From Vicugna vicugna (taxonomy: Eukaryota): a DNA stretch of 64,000 nt. Position 1 is the first letter of the stretch. Every line of letters begins with the position of its first letter. Below the pieces are notes generated by a model, which saw nothing but the letters and a program-made list of their open reading frames with translations, was not told the origin of the DNA and did not search any database. The position numbers and the translations under genes are program-made. The DNA is taken from NCBI GenBank assembly GCA_013265495.1, contig MU058065.1, positions 8,721,819 through 8,785,818 of the forward strand, read 5' to 3'. This document shows positions 1 to 10,647 of this stretch, in pieces.

Positions 1-2539
1 TAAATAACCAACTTATAAACTACTAGAAACTAAACTAGTTGTATGTTGAATTTCTGCAAATTACTTGAAAATACTTTGAATATACAAAGGAAGTTGAACT
101 AGGTGAAGTTCATAATCCTTTAAATCTTAAAATTCTATGATATCTTGTAATAATATGCAATATATGAAGATTTGCTTATTTTTTAGAAGAGCAAGTGTTT
201 TTAAAGTGCTGGCTCTTGAAATGATCCATTATATATTCCTATTAGCATACTTTTAAGAAACTTGTTTATAATCTGCATATATTTAAAAATATTAAAATCT
301 CCATACACTAAAAAAATCTATTTAATCTACAATACACAACCAAAACTTTAAATTTCATGTTGAAAAACAAGGGATATTTAAATTATATTTCCTATAATAT
401 GAATATTACACATGACTCAGTTAACTGTCAGGACACCACCACAGAGAGTGGAAAATTTGTTAAGCATGGAATTGTTCTGAGTCAACAATAGAAGAACAAA
501 AGGGTAGAATTATACTATATCTTAGATCCTGTAGCTCATAGGCCATGATGTTATTCTTTATTTCCTCTAAGATCATTAAAAATCTGTCATTTATTCTTTT
601 GCTTTGAATCACTGAAGCATTTTAAAGAAATTTTTCTAAAAGTAGTTAATTCTCTTTCAGGGACACTTTCATTCTAATGTCAGAAGAACTACCAATTTTC
701 TACTTTTTTTTTTTTTTACCAAAAACTTTATTTTTAGTTTCACAATATGATAATTTTTTTGTCCCCAAACTCCTATTTTTACAAATGCACTAATCATCGA
801 AGTATTTTTAAGAATTATTTTTTAGATCCTATTAAATAGACATCTACTGAATTCAAGAGAAGTGGGAGACATACAGAATGGAATGGACTATAGAATAACC
901 AGAAACCGTAACTGTTACCTCACAGGATGGAATGCTTTCCCTTAACAAACCACAAGGGCCTGGGAATGGGAAAAGAATATGTGTGTGTTGTGGGGGAGGT
1001 GGTGCTTAAGGGTGGCATTGGCGATGAAAGTAAGTGGTAAGAAGGTAAGTAAGAATCAACACTTCTTCACTTCTTTGAGTTGTCTCAGATACAGGTGAAT
1101 GCCTCAATTCTTTTTTTGAGCAGCCATATTGATTAGTGTTGTCATTTAGACATACAGAACTGGATGCTAAAAGCTTTAAATTTTATCTTTCCTTCCTCCC
1201 ACCATTTCCTCCAGTGTTTAAGGCAATGCAAAGTGGGCCAAAAATGTCATTCTTAATGTGGGAAAAATATACTATCTAAATGTGCTCAGAAAACAAACAA
1301 GGAGAGATTTCAGTGTCTAACTGTAGAAATAATCAGTTACAAGTCAGAAGAAAAAGTATCTGCCCTGACCCATTTCCTTTTCAGCATTACATTCAGGGCT
1401 GGCCAGACATATATAAGTTTGGCAAGAGGATTTAAAGTTGTTTCTTCCAATTCTGGAAACAATTCTACTGAGAGGCTCAATAGTCCAGTTAAAACTACTC
1501 ATTTTATGACTTGTGAATCACTGATTGTACATCTTTATGGAAGAAAGTTATTTTTCTCTAGCTGTTCAGAACCAACAATGTCTACAAAGCATCAAGATTC
1601 CAGAGAAGAAATGGAAGAAAAGAATTCTAAATATTTAATTTGTTCATTTGAAAATCGGTAACCTGTATCCTTCCAAGAAGTGGCCTTTATTTCATTACAA
1701 CCTAAGTTAACTTTCTCTTAAGCAGAACAGGGTCCACAACTGCAAAATCCAGACAATTAGGCTAAGACACACTTCCAATAGTGATTCTTCAGTTGAAGAA
1801 AAATTTGAGGAAGTAAGCACGCTTATTCATATGAAGTATCAACACAAACATTCCAGACAGAACCTTTCACTAACACTGGAGAAAGAGGTTTAATTATATA
1901 TTCCATTGTGGCATTACTCATTCCCATAACATCTTTTTGCAAAAAGGAAAACGTTCAGTACTTTAATAAGGTCTTTTTCTTTCAATGTTATCACCCCATC
2001 CATTGCTGCAACATAAAGATGTGGTATGAAGAATTTCCCATCTCAAAGAATGCCTTGTATCCCCATTAGCAAAGTAGGCACACTCTGGAGATCGGCCAGG
2101 ATGTGGTAATGGCCTCCTATAAAACTGGATTTTTATATATACGTTAAAATGGATTTACCTGTATTTGCAGTGGTTTTATATTTACCAAATGCTCTCTAGC
2201 CTTCAAGAACAGAATGCTAAAACTCGAGGAATTCTTCCCGTTTCCCACTTTCGCAAAGAAAGGAAAAATAGACTCTAAAACAAATATCCAAATTTTCTGG
2301 CAATAGTTTAAGTACATTTTTGGAGGTGTTTTAATTTCTTTGGTTAGAAAAAGTTCATGCAAACCAAACGCAAAAATTCTACAGCGTGCCTTGGGAACTC
2401 TATTTTAACACACCCCAGGACTGTTCCAGCGCTGTCGGATTTTTACACTGTGGAAACAGAAAATACTAACCAGTAAAATAACAGGCAGGTTTTCAGGAGG
2501 ATTGAGAAGGTTGAAATTAAATTACTCAGCAAGCAAGAC

Positions 2540-4010
2540 AGTTGTCAAAGCTGCAGTTCGGGTTTGTCGGTTCCCGTTCCTCCCCTCCTCCCCATGCCAG
2601 GGCGGTGGTGGGAAGGGGGCAAGATGGGCGAGGCAGATTCCCTACAACCGCCAGCTTTTCTTCCAGCGCCGCGCACCTGCCACCCCTCCCTCCGTGCGGT
2701 CTTAGCCAACTTCCCGCAGGGCGCCTGAGCCGGCTGGGCGAGGGGCGCACCTGGCCCACCAGCCTCAAGCCAGCAGGGGAAGGAGCAGGGGCGAGCCGGG
2801 AGCCCAGATTAGTGGGCCGAGCGCGCTCTCTCTTTTTTTTTTTTAAGTCAGCCTACTGGGGGATGTTGGATTTGGCTGGGCGTGCTCTTTTAAATACTAT
2901 ATTGGGAACCTCATACATTGAAAAAAATTTTTTTTTAAATTGCAAACCTTCCCAGTTCAGTCGGCAGCTGGAGAGCAGGCCCGAGGCGGCATCCCCTCCC
3001 ACCGGCCCCCCACCCCCATTTTCCTCCATCCCGTCCCCTCCCCCCCGCCCGGAGCGGGACTCGCGGGAGCCGCCCCCTCCCGGGCGCCCACTTGGTTCCT
3101 CCCAGCTGCCGTGTGAATGGGCCGCCCTCCGGATTCCGCGGAGGGGGCGGCGGGAAGAGGCCGAGCCCGGGCCCCGGCGGCCGCCGCCCCCGCCCCCGCC
3201 CCGCGGCGGCCCACGCCGGGATCTGCGTCACTCAGCCGCGCGTGGGCGGGAGCCGGAGCGGCGAATGTAGCAAGAGCGGAATCTCCCAATGTGACAGCGA
3301 CGGCGCCCGCGCGCCGGAGCCTGAAGGAGCCGCCAACGCCGCCGCGGGCGAGCGAGCGCCGTCGGGGCTGGGGGCGGGAGGGAGCGGCGGGCCCCAGCTG
3401 GGTGGGGGGAGCAGGGAGAGCGCGCCCACCACCTTCCCTTCCCCCCTCGATGGGAGCGGGGGCGTCCCGGCCGCCGCAGCCGACTGAGGAGGGAGAGCCG
3501 GGGGCCGTCTCTTTGGAGTTGGGGCTGAGGCGTCCTCGGGGGAGAGCGCGCCAAGACCGCTGCAGCCGCTGGCCGAGTACGTACCAACTCGCAGTCCGCC
3601 AAGCGCGGGACGCGTTCGTTCTCGTGCGGCCGCGGGCGAACTTGGGGCGGCGGAGTCGCGGGGCCGCGCCGGCACTTGAGCGGGGAGGGCGTCCAGGGGA
3701 GCGGGCCCCGCGCGGCCGCCTCCGGAAGGAGAGGGCGGCATCGGGCTCGTGTGGGCGATTCCCGGAGAAATGCGGTGCGCAGGGGCAGCGGGTTCTGGGC
3801 GAGCAGGGCAGCGGGCCCGACTAGCGTGTTCTCCGCCGAGGAAGCCGGGGGTGCCGCGTCCGTTCTCCTCACCCGGCTGGGGTCTTCCTGGGGGGCGCGG
3901 AGTAGTCGCGGGGTTGCGTGGAGTGTTGTGCGTGGTGGGTGCGCGCGCCCGCCCCGGAGTTTTGCAGCCACCTTCCCCGGAGGCAGAATCTTTTTGCTGG
4001 TTTGTTTACT
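2540..4010. promoter_or_regulatory. NAB1: CpG island / NAB1 promoter and first exon region
   Basis: Abrupt switch from AT-rich to very GC- and CpG-rich sequence. Contains GC boxes, a CRE half-site TGCGTCA (3224-3230), CCAAT (3286-3290) and EGR consensus sites. Lies ~10 kb upstream of the NAB1 ATG. Confidence 0.93.
3250..3576 (+). other. NAB1: Predicted non-coding exon 1 of NAB1 (start uncertain)
   Basis: Candidate donor CGA|GTACGT with GT at 3577-3578, downstream of the promoter motif cluster. The TSS cannot be fixed from sequence alone. Confidence 0.4.
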
Positions 4011-4092
4011 TTTTATAAAAGTGTTGCACTTACAGTCTTAATTTTCGTCCTGGGTACACTCTCCTTCGGAATGTAGTTTTCTTTTTTAAAAG

Positions 4093-4232
4093 CGGAAGGA
4101 GAGTTTTGCTTGGAAGTGGCTTTCAGAAACTTGGCACCGAGGTGTAGTGGAAGCGAGAGACTCATTGTGTTCGCTAAGGCCGAGTGTGGAATTCGCAAAT
4201 ACATGTGGGACATACAAGCCTTGGATGCAGAG
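4093..4232 (+). other. NAB1: Predicted 5' UTR exon 2 of NAB1
   Basis: Acceptor ttttcttttttaaaAG (AG 4091-4092) and donor GAG|GTGTGT (GT 4233-4234). Alternative sites nearby (ttacAG ~4035, GTGAGC ~4332) cannot be excluded. Confidence 0.45.
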
Positions 4233-5971
4233 GTGTGTGACCTTATTCATGGACAGACGCTGCAAGTGCAATCAAATGGTTATGGTCTGCAGCCTCAAGG
4301 TTCACAAGGCTTCAGATATGAAACAATTCGAGTGAGCCTAAATGTTGTAACATCTTGGGGAAAAGGATAATTGAGTTGAAATATGCATTAATAGGTTCCG
4401 CACACTAAGTTTTGCAGCAAGTGATCAGGAGGAACCCTTGACTTGCATATACATTTATTCCTCACTCCGTGAGATCCGAGAGGCATGGAAAATTTGAGAG
4501 TAGCTGTCAATTTAAAATTTCATCCGAAAGAGTTAATTTGGACTAACTTGTCACTACCAATTGGTTTGCCAGTGACGTGTCTGCAAACTTAAGAAGTGCA
4601 AAGATCAGAAGCTGTGAGGAAAATACTCTGATCTTGTTTAAAAATATTTTGGCAGTTTTAATAGATAATATTAGATTACATAAGAACGGAGGAACGGAAT
4701 TTTAAAAAGATTAGTCACGTAGGAAATGCTAGGCTGTTTTGTAAAAAAAAGTGTGCACACAGTGAAATACCTTCTTAAATTTTCACTTTTTTGAAAAATT
4801 TCCCCTGTAAAAGATACCAAATTATGACGTGTCATAATTTATGCGTGGATATTAAGAAGAAATATTGGAAGAGAGGATGCCTAGGATTTACTTTATTTTG
4901 GGTGGAGGCTGATATTTTACAGAAGACCTAAAAAGCTGCTTCTAGTCTAATCTAAATGCTAGTAAAAGTGGCTCTTAGATTTAGGGGGTTTTTTTTTTCT
5001 TCCATTTTTCTGGTATTTGAAATATGTAATATTGTCCTTTAATTAAGTTATAGAAGTTATGTTGTCCTTATAGGTATTACCTTACATGTAAGGGTTCTCT
5101 TGAGAATTTATAGATGTCTGGCAAGGTCAGCCTATTCCTGTTTGGGTATTTAGTGGAAAATCAGCTCTTGAAAGAAAATGTCAAGGAACCATTGGAAGGG
5201 TTCTTGTTTTAATTTTATTATTTTTAGCATCTAGTATAGAAGTTAATATGCCCTCTGGTTATTAGAAAAATTTCGTTCTCCTCGGCTTTGGTGACTTCTT
5301 ATGAATATATCAATAATAATAATAAAAACATTGAAGCATTGTAGATTTTTATTTTATATCATTCTGCCTGCTAATTTTGGATGTAATGAACACTACAGAA
5401 ATCCTTAGGAATACTACACCTGATACAGGGAAATTTTGTGAACTTCTGTGTGTAATAAATAATTTGGGATATGTAATGAATACATCTTGTCTTATTTCAG
5501 AATTATTATTAAAATTGAATAATCTCAGCTAAATTAAAAATTTTCCTTTTTTGTTGACTAGTGAATAGCATCCATTGCCCTATGGAAAAGTTAATAGATT
5601 TTCATTCTCCTTGTTATTTAGAGAGCCAGTTAAAGCACTAGATGTTTTCTTTTAAGCATACTTTAAGGATATATTAGTTTATTATTATAGATTTTGGAGT
5701 TTTGTACTGTGGATGCTTTGAAAGAAGAAACTATAATGTATGACAGAGTGAGGGAGTTCTTTGAAGAATCAATTGCATGAACTTTAAATATTTAAAGTAA
5801 AAGATGGTTGCTTAAAAACAGAAGTATGTCAGGTTTTTGTGTTTGTTGACCTAGGCGCTGTCAACAACTAAGACTTAGGCTTCATTTTTTCCGTTATAAT
5901 AAGTCTGATTGTTTTTGTTGGTGCTGTTCATGTGCATTATTGGAAATAAGGGCTCTGTTAAATTTACCTTT

Positions 5972-6139
5972 GTGGGAAGGATATAGCTCAGTGGTAGAGC
6001 ACATGCTTAGCATGCTGAGGTCCTGGGTTCAATCCCTAGTACCTCCATTAAGAAAACAAGGAAATTAATAAATAAACCTAATTATCTCCCCTACTTCAAA
6101 AAATAAAATTAAAACAAGGTAAATAAATCTAAAAAAAAA
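5972..6139 (+). mobile_element. tRNA-Ala-derived SINE (camelid vic-1-like)
   Basis: Head GGGAAGGATATAGCTCAGTGGTAGAGCACATGCTTAGCATGCTGAGGTCCTGGGTTCAATCCC has A box, B box and an AGC anticodon. A-rich tail. Flanking near-duplication aaatttaccttt (5960-5971) / aaattaccttt (6137-6147). Confidence 0.85.
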
Positions 6140-8310
6140 TTACCTTTAAATGTGAAGCTGTATTTCTGAATATCACAGAACCCTGATACATTTTATGTTA
6201 CTTTCATGAAAATGACCATTTTATAATATGTTTTGATCAGTTTGAGGTCTTGCTCATGTATAATCATCTTGTGTATGAATATTTCATTGTGGAGTTTATT
6301 AAAAATAATAAGGACTAAATAATGCTCACTCAAGAATAATATGATTCCCAGCTCTTTTGCTTTGAATTTGGTTTATTTTAACTGCTTCTTTCATTCTTTT
6401 CAGTAGAGTGAAGAATGGTACAGTTATTATATTAAATGCAAATTTCCTTTTTGATCTGACATGTTCGATAACTACTACAATAGTACAATATACTCCCTTA
6501 AACATAATAGTGGAACAAGTGGGAAATTAGAGAAATTGATGTTGGGAAAAATTAATAATCCTCATCTTGTCAGAATTCTCACAGCTAAAACATACCATTA
6601 AGCTTTCAAATAGTTTGTCATTTTTCAATACATTGTATTTAGGATATTGCACCTTAATTTGCACAGTATGTTAATTCAGTAATTTTTAAAGAGAAATTTC
6701 TGAAGAATGATAAAATTTATATGTACTACATGTGTACTCCCTGCTCATACAGCACTTAATGTTTCTTGAATAATTTGACTGTTAGTTAATTGAAGAATTT
6801 CTAGTCATATTATATGAAATACTTGTGTTTACCTACTGGCATGATAATCAAGTTAATGCATAGTATTGTTTAATTGCAAAATAAATCTGATTTACTTTTT
6901 CTAATTTGGATAAATAAATTTTAACCTACACATTGAATACTTTAATTGAAATTTTAAGAGGTCTGTAAGAAGTTTTTTCCCCCAGCATTATTCAGAATTC
7001 AGAAAAATATCAGCAGGAGAGAACATTTTAAGTTTACTAAATTACCATTAATTCATTAGAAGCTTTATATTTTTTTCATAGCTATAACAGTAATAAGGTC
7101 TAAATATATCTTAAGATACATCACTGAATGCTTATTAATAAATAACGCCTAGTTAAATTGTTTGGTACTTGAAACACATACCTAGGAGTTAGTACCAGGG
7201 CCATCCCGGTAATCTTAAGTAACCCATGATGTAACTAAACTACGTTTAATTATTTTAGCTTGAGTTCTGGGACTAGGACAAAAATGAGAAGAATTCACCT
7301 CCTAGGCATAACGCTCATCCTTCCCTAAGCTTCAACCTTTCCAAATTCTGGCATTTCAGAAACGTTTTCAGTCTCAACCTGTAGTGTACCCATTGCACCC
7401 TTCTCTGCAGGCTCCCATACCTTCAGACTAGAGTCTTCCACACTGGTGATAATTTCAGAGGTTTTAAATGTAGTCACTGCCCTCAGATTTCCTATTTCCT
7501 TCCTTGCCATTTCCCATCTCTATCTTTCATTCCCTTAGTGTGCAGTGGATCTCATCTAGGTATTAAAAGGAAAACAGTCTGGTGGAACTAATTTACCTTA
7601 ATCTGTAAATGACTCATGAGCCAATTCTTCCCAAGTTTTTTTTGCATTTTTTAGAAACTGCGAGAGGTTGCTGTTAACTTAGATTATTTTAAAGTAAAAA
7701 TTTCAGGCTGTACTGGGAGGCAGGAATTTTTGGTCTTCTACATAAATAAGCCAGATTTCACTGGGATTTTGCCCTTGATTTCTCCCCACTCCTGGAAGAG
7801 TCTCTCTTTGGAATGCCATAGACTTCATAAAAATGTGTGTATTAAAAACACTATATATATCTATGTATGTGTATACATATTTCTGCATCATGAGGATTCA
7901 GGGTAGTGTTTATGAATCCATCTGAATATAATGATCATTTATAATACTGATACTTTTTATTTGGGGATAATATACTGCACTTTAATTTATAGGAACCAAG
8001 AGGAGAAAGAATTAAGATCTTTCATGACTGAAACTGACTTCTTAAAATGCTGCTGTGGGGGCTAGACTGACATGATGTATACCACTAACCACGTGTATTC
8101 TTGTATAAAAGCATTCTTTTATCTCTTGGAACAATAGCCATCTTGTTGCTTATAAGAAAGAGGAAGTATTGAGGATGAGAGAATGAAAAGGACTGTAGGT
8201 AAAGTAGCAGGATGTGCTGTTACTAGACTGGACACCAGTTTACACAAGGGGCATCCTTTTTGGAGTATAAAAGGAAGCTGCTAATCAGTATCTGACTCAA
8301 ATGTTGAATT

Positions 8311-8430
8311 TCATTCAACAGAAGCCTTTATAGAGATGTTATTCTATGTTGAACACTTTGCTTGGAGCAGAGGAGGATAAAAGATAAATGAGACCTAGTC
8401 CCTACTCTCAGGGAGCTTACAGCCTAAGGC
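8311..8430 (-). mobile_element. L2 3' end fragment
   Basis: ttcattcaaca...agacctagtccctactctcagggagcttacagcctaag resembles the reverse complement of the L2 3' terminus. Confidence 0.6.
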
Positions 8431-8902
8431 AACCTGTTCTGCAGGCTGCTTGTCTGTTCCACGACTCCTGATGTATAACATTTAGGATAGCATTTATTTA
8501 TAGTGTTTAAGTGTGTGTGAACCTATCTCCTGATTGTTAACTGATCTTCATGAAGAACCATTTGAGGAAATCCAGTGAATCTGTTTGGCACGAGCATAGG
8601 GGCAGCTTAGGAACCAGAGGAGGCTGGACAGGTCTGGATGCCTAAATAAGTAGTTTGGATATTTTTTCTCCAGAAAGTGGGGAAATTTGCATAGGTGAGT
8701 AAAGAGCCACACCTGTACTTGAGGAAGATAAAGTTGGCATTGCTGTGTGGGATATACTGAAGATGAGGAAGCTGTTTTCAAAGTTGGGGCAGGAAGCAAG
8801 AAAACTTATCGAATTAGGTACTCTTGAGACAGAGAAAGAAAAAGGGGGGTGCTGTGGCCTAAGGACATGTAGATTTGAGGAAGGAAGAGGAGAACTGGAA
8901 GA

Positions 8903-9361
8903 TGAATGGATGAAGAAGATGTGTGTATACACATAGATGGTGGAATACCATTCAGCCATAAAAAGAATGAGCTGAATGGAATTGGAGGGTATTATGCTAA
9001 GTGAAATATGTTAGACAAAGAAAGACAAATAAGGTATGCTATCACTTATATGTGGAGTCTAAAAAATAAAACAAAGTAGTGAATATAACAAAACAAATAG
9101 ACTCACAGGTACAGAGAACAAACTAGTGGTTGTCAGTGAGGAAAGTGAAGTGGGAGGGGCAAGATAGAAGGAGGGGATTAAGAGGCACAAACTACTATAT
9201 ATGAAATAAATAGGCTACAAGGATGTATTGTACAGCTCAGGGATATAGCCAGTATTTTATAATAACTATAAATGGAGTATAAACTTTAAAAAATGTGAAT
9301 CACCATGTTGTAAACCTGAAACTTATATAACATCGTACATCAACTATACCTCAGTAAAAAA
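8903..9361 (+). mobile_element. 5'-truncated LINE-1 3' end
   Basis: L1 3' motifs gaatggatgaagaagatgtg, ggaataccattcagccataaaaagaatga, attatgctaagtgaaat, tcacttatatgtgga, acagagaacaaactagtggttg and tcaactatacctcagtaaaaa. Confidence 0.88.
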
Positions 9362-9399
9362 CTTTTTTAAAGATAGAATCTCTACTTTTATTAATCCAG

Positions 9400-10120
9400 G
9401 AAACTGGAATAGTAGTGGTGCAACTGAAAGAAATAAGAGAGTTGGGAAGAGTAGATCTGGGAATCTGGAAGAAGGGAGAAAAATTACTTACCAAATTTGA
9501 AATGTTTGACAGTCTCCAGGTGGTAGTTGAAATGCTGAATTATCAGAAAAACAATGTGGGCTAATGATTCTCAAACTTCTCAGGTACGAAGATCACTTTT
9601 TAAATTAAAAAATGTGAATATTTATTTATAATTTTACCTTTAGTGTTTGTTGATAGAGAATACATATAATGACAACAACTATGAATTCAGTTACACTTTT
9701 AAATGAGTTTCTATTTTATTAAATCACAAAGTGTTCATTTGCTTTTATTTGCAAAGGAGACATGTGAGAGAGGCATCTTTTTTGCTCTGTAGCCAGTGCT
9801 TGGTGTGCATTTGGATTTGAGAATACTTTGCAGTAACTAACTCCATGAACCACTGCTCCAAGCTACAGAGAGCAGTTTGGTTGTCAGTCCGCTGTAGGTG
9901 ATACTGAAGCCTGGGAGTGGATGAGATCATCATGGGAGAATATGCAAGGACAGTAGGAAAGGGATCTAGTATAAAACTTAGGAGAATTCTTGCACTTAGA
10001 ATATAGTAAGGGAAGGCAGCATAATGGCAAAAAGTCAGGTGAACAGCATTTCAAGGAATGATGTTGAGCTGCAGAGAGATTAAAGAGAAAGGTGGTGATC
10101 ACTCAGCAGTTACTTAGGAG
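9400..10120 (-). mobile_element. Degraded, interrupted L2 fragments
   Basis: Purine-rich L2-like phrases (ggtgatactgaagcctgggagtggatgagatcatcatgggagaa; tttcaaggaatgatgttgagctgcagagagattaaag). Boundaries approximate. Confidence 0.45.
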
Positions 10121-10454
10121 TTTTGATGGAGCAGTTGGGACAGAGGGCAGGCTGAAGCTTCTTGGAATAGACTGAGGCAAGTTTGAAGGAATGGTTCTTG
10201 TTTTCCCTTGTGACCAGTAAAGGCCTCTGTCCTACCTAAATCCCCACATCCCAGCTTGGGGAATACCAGAAAAGTTTTGTTTCCCATAGTCATGTTAAGT
10301 GCTTTGTTGTGGTCTGAGGACAAAGCAGGAGTTGACCAGTAACGTTTTCTGAGTCCAGCTAGCTCCTTGTTTCACTTAGCATCGTTTGAATCCGGCAGAT
10401 AACTGTTCCTACTCCAAAAGGAGCCGAAGTGAGGGTTTGTTTTTTTTTTTTAAG

Positions 10455-10647
10455 GTTCTGGAACAAATCATTGCCATTTAGAATAGATCAGTGACTAACA
10501 AACAACAACAAATGGCCTCAAAAGAATCCATTGTTGTTTAATTCCACTTTCTCCGGAACTGACCGGGCTGTCAAGCTGGTGCAAGTGGAGGTTTGCTGTA
10601 CATAGGCAGCCGGCCCTTGGTTTAGCTTTTGAATGCAGTAAAAATAG
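10455..10647 (+). other. NAB1: Predicted 5' UTR exon 3 of NAB1
   Basis: Strong acceptor: poly-T run then aAG (AG 10453-10454). Donor TAG|GTAACT (GT 10648-10649). Non-repetitive and locally CpG-retaining. Confidence 0.55.

Noticed and set aside
2502..4041. Many overlapping 100-250 aa ORFs on both strands in the CpG island
   Set aside because: Low-complexity Pro/Arg/Gly/Ala translations are expected from stop-codon scarcity in GC-rich DNA, and no domain is recognisable. Only the ATG-3450 frame is kept as a hypothesis.
5974..6047. Functional tRNA-Ala(AGC) gene
   Set aside because: Broken anticodon stem, A-rich tail and TSD indicate a SINE.
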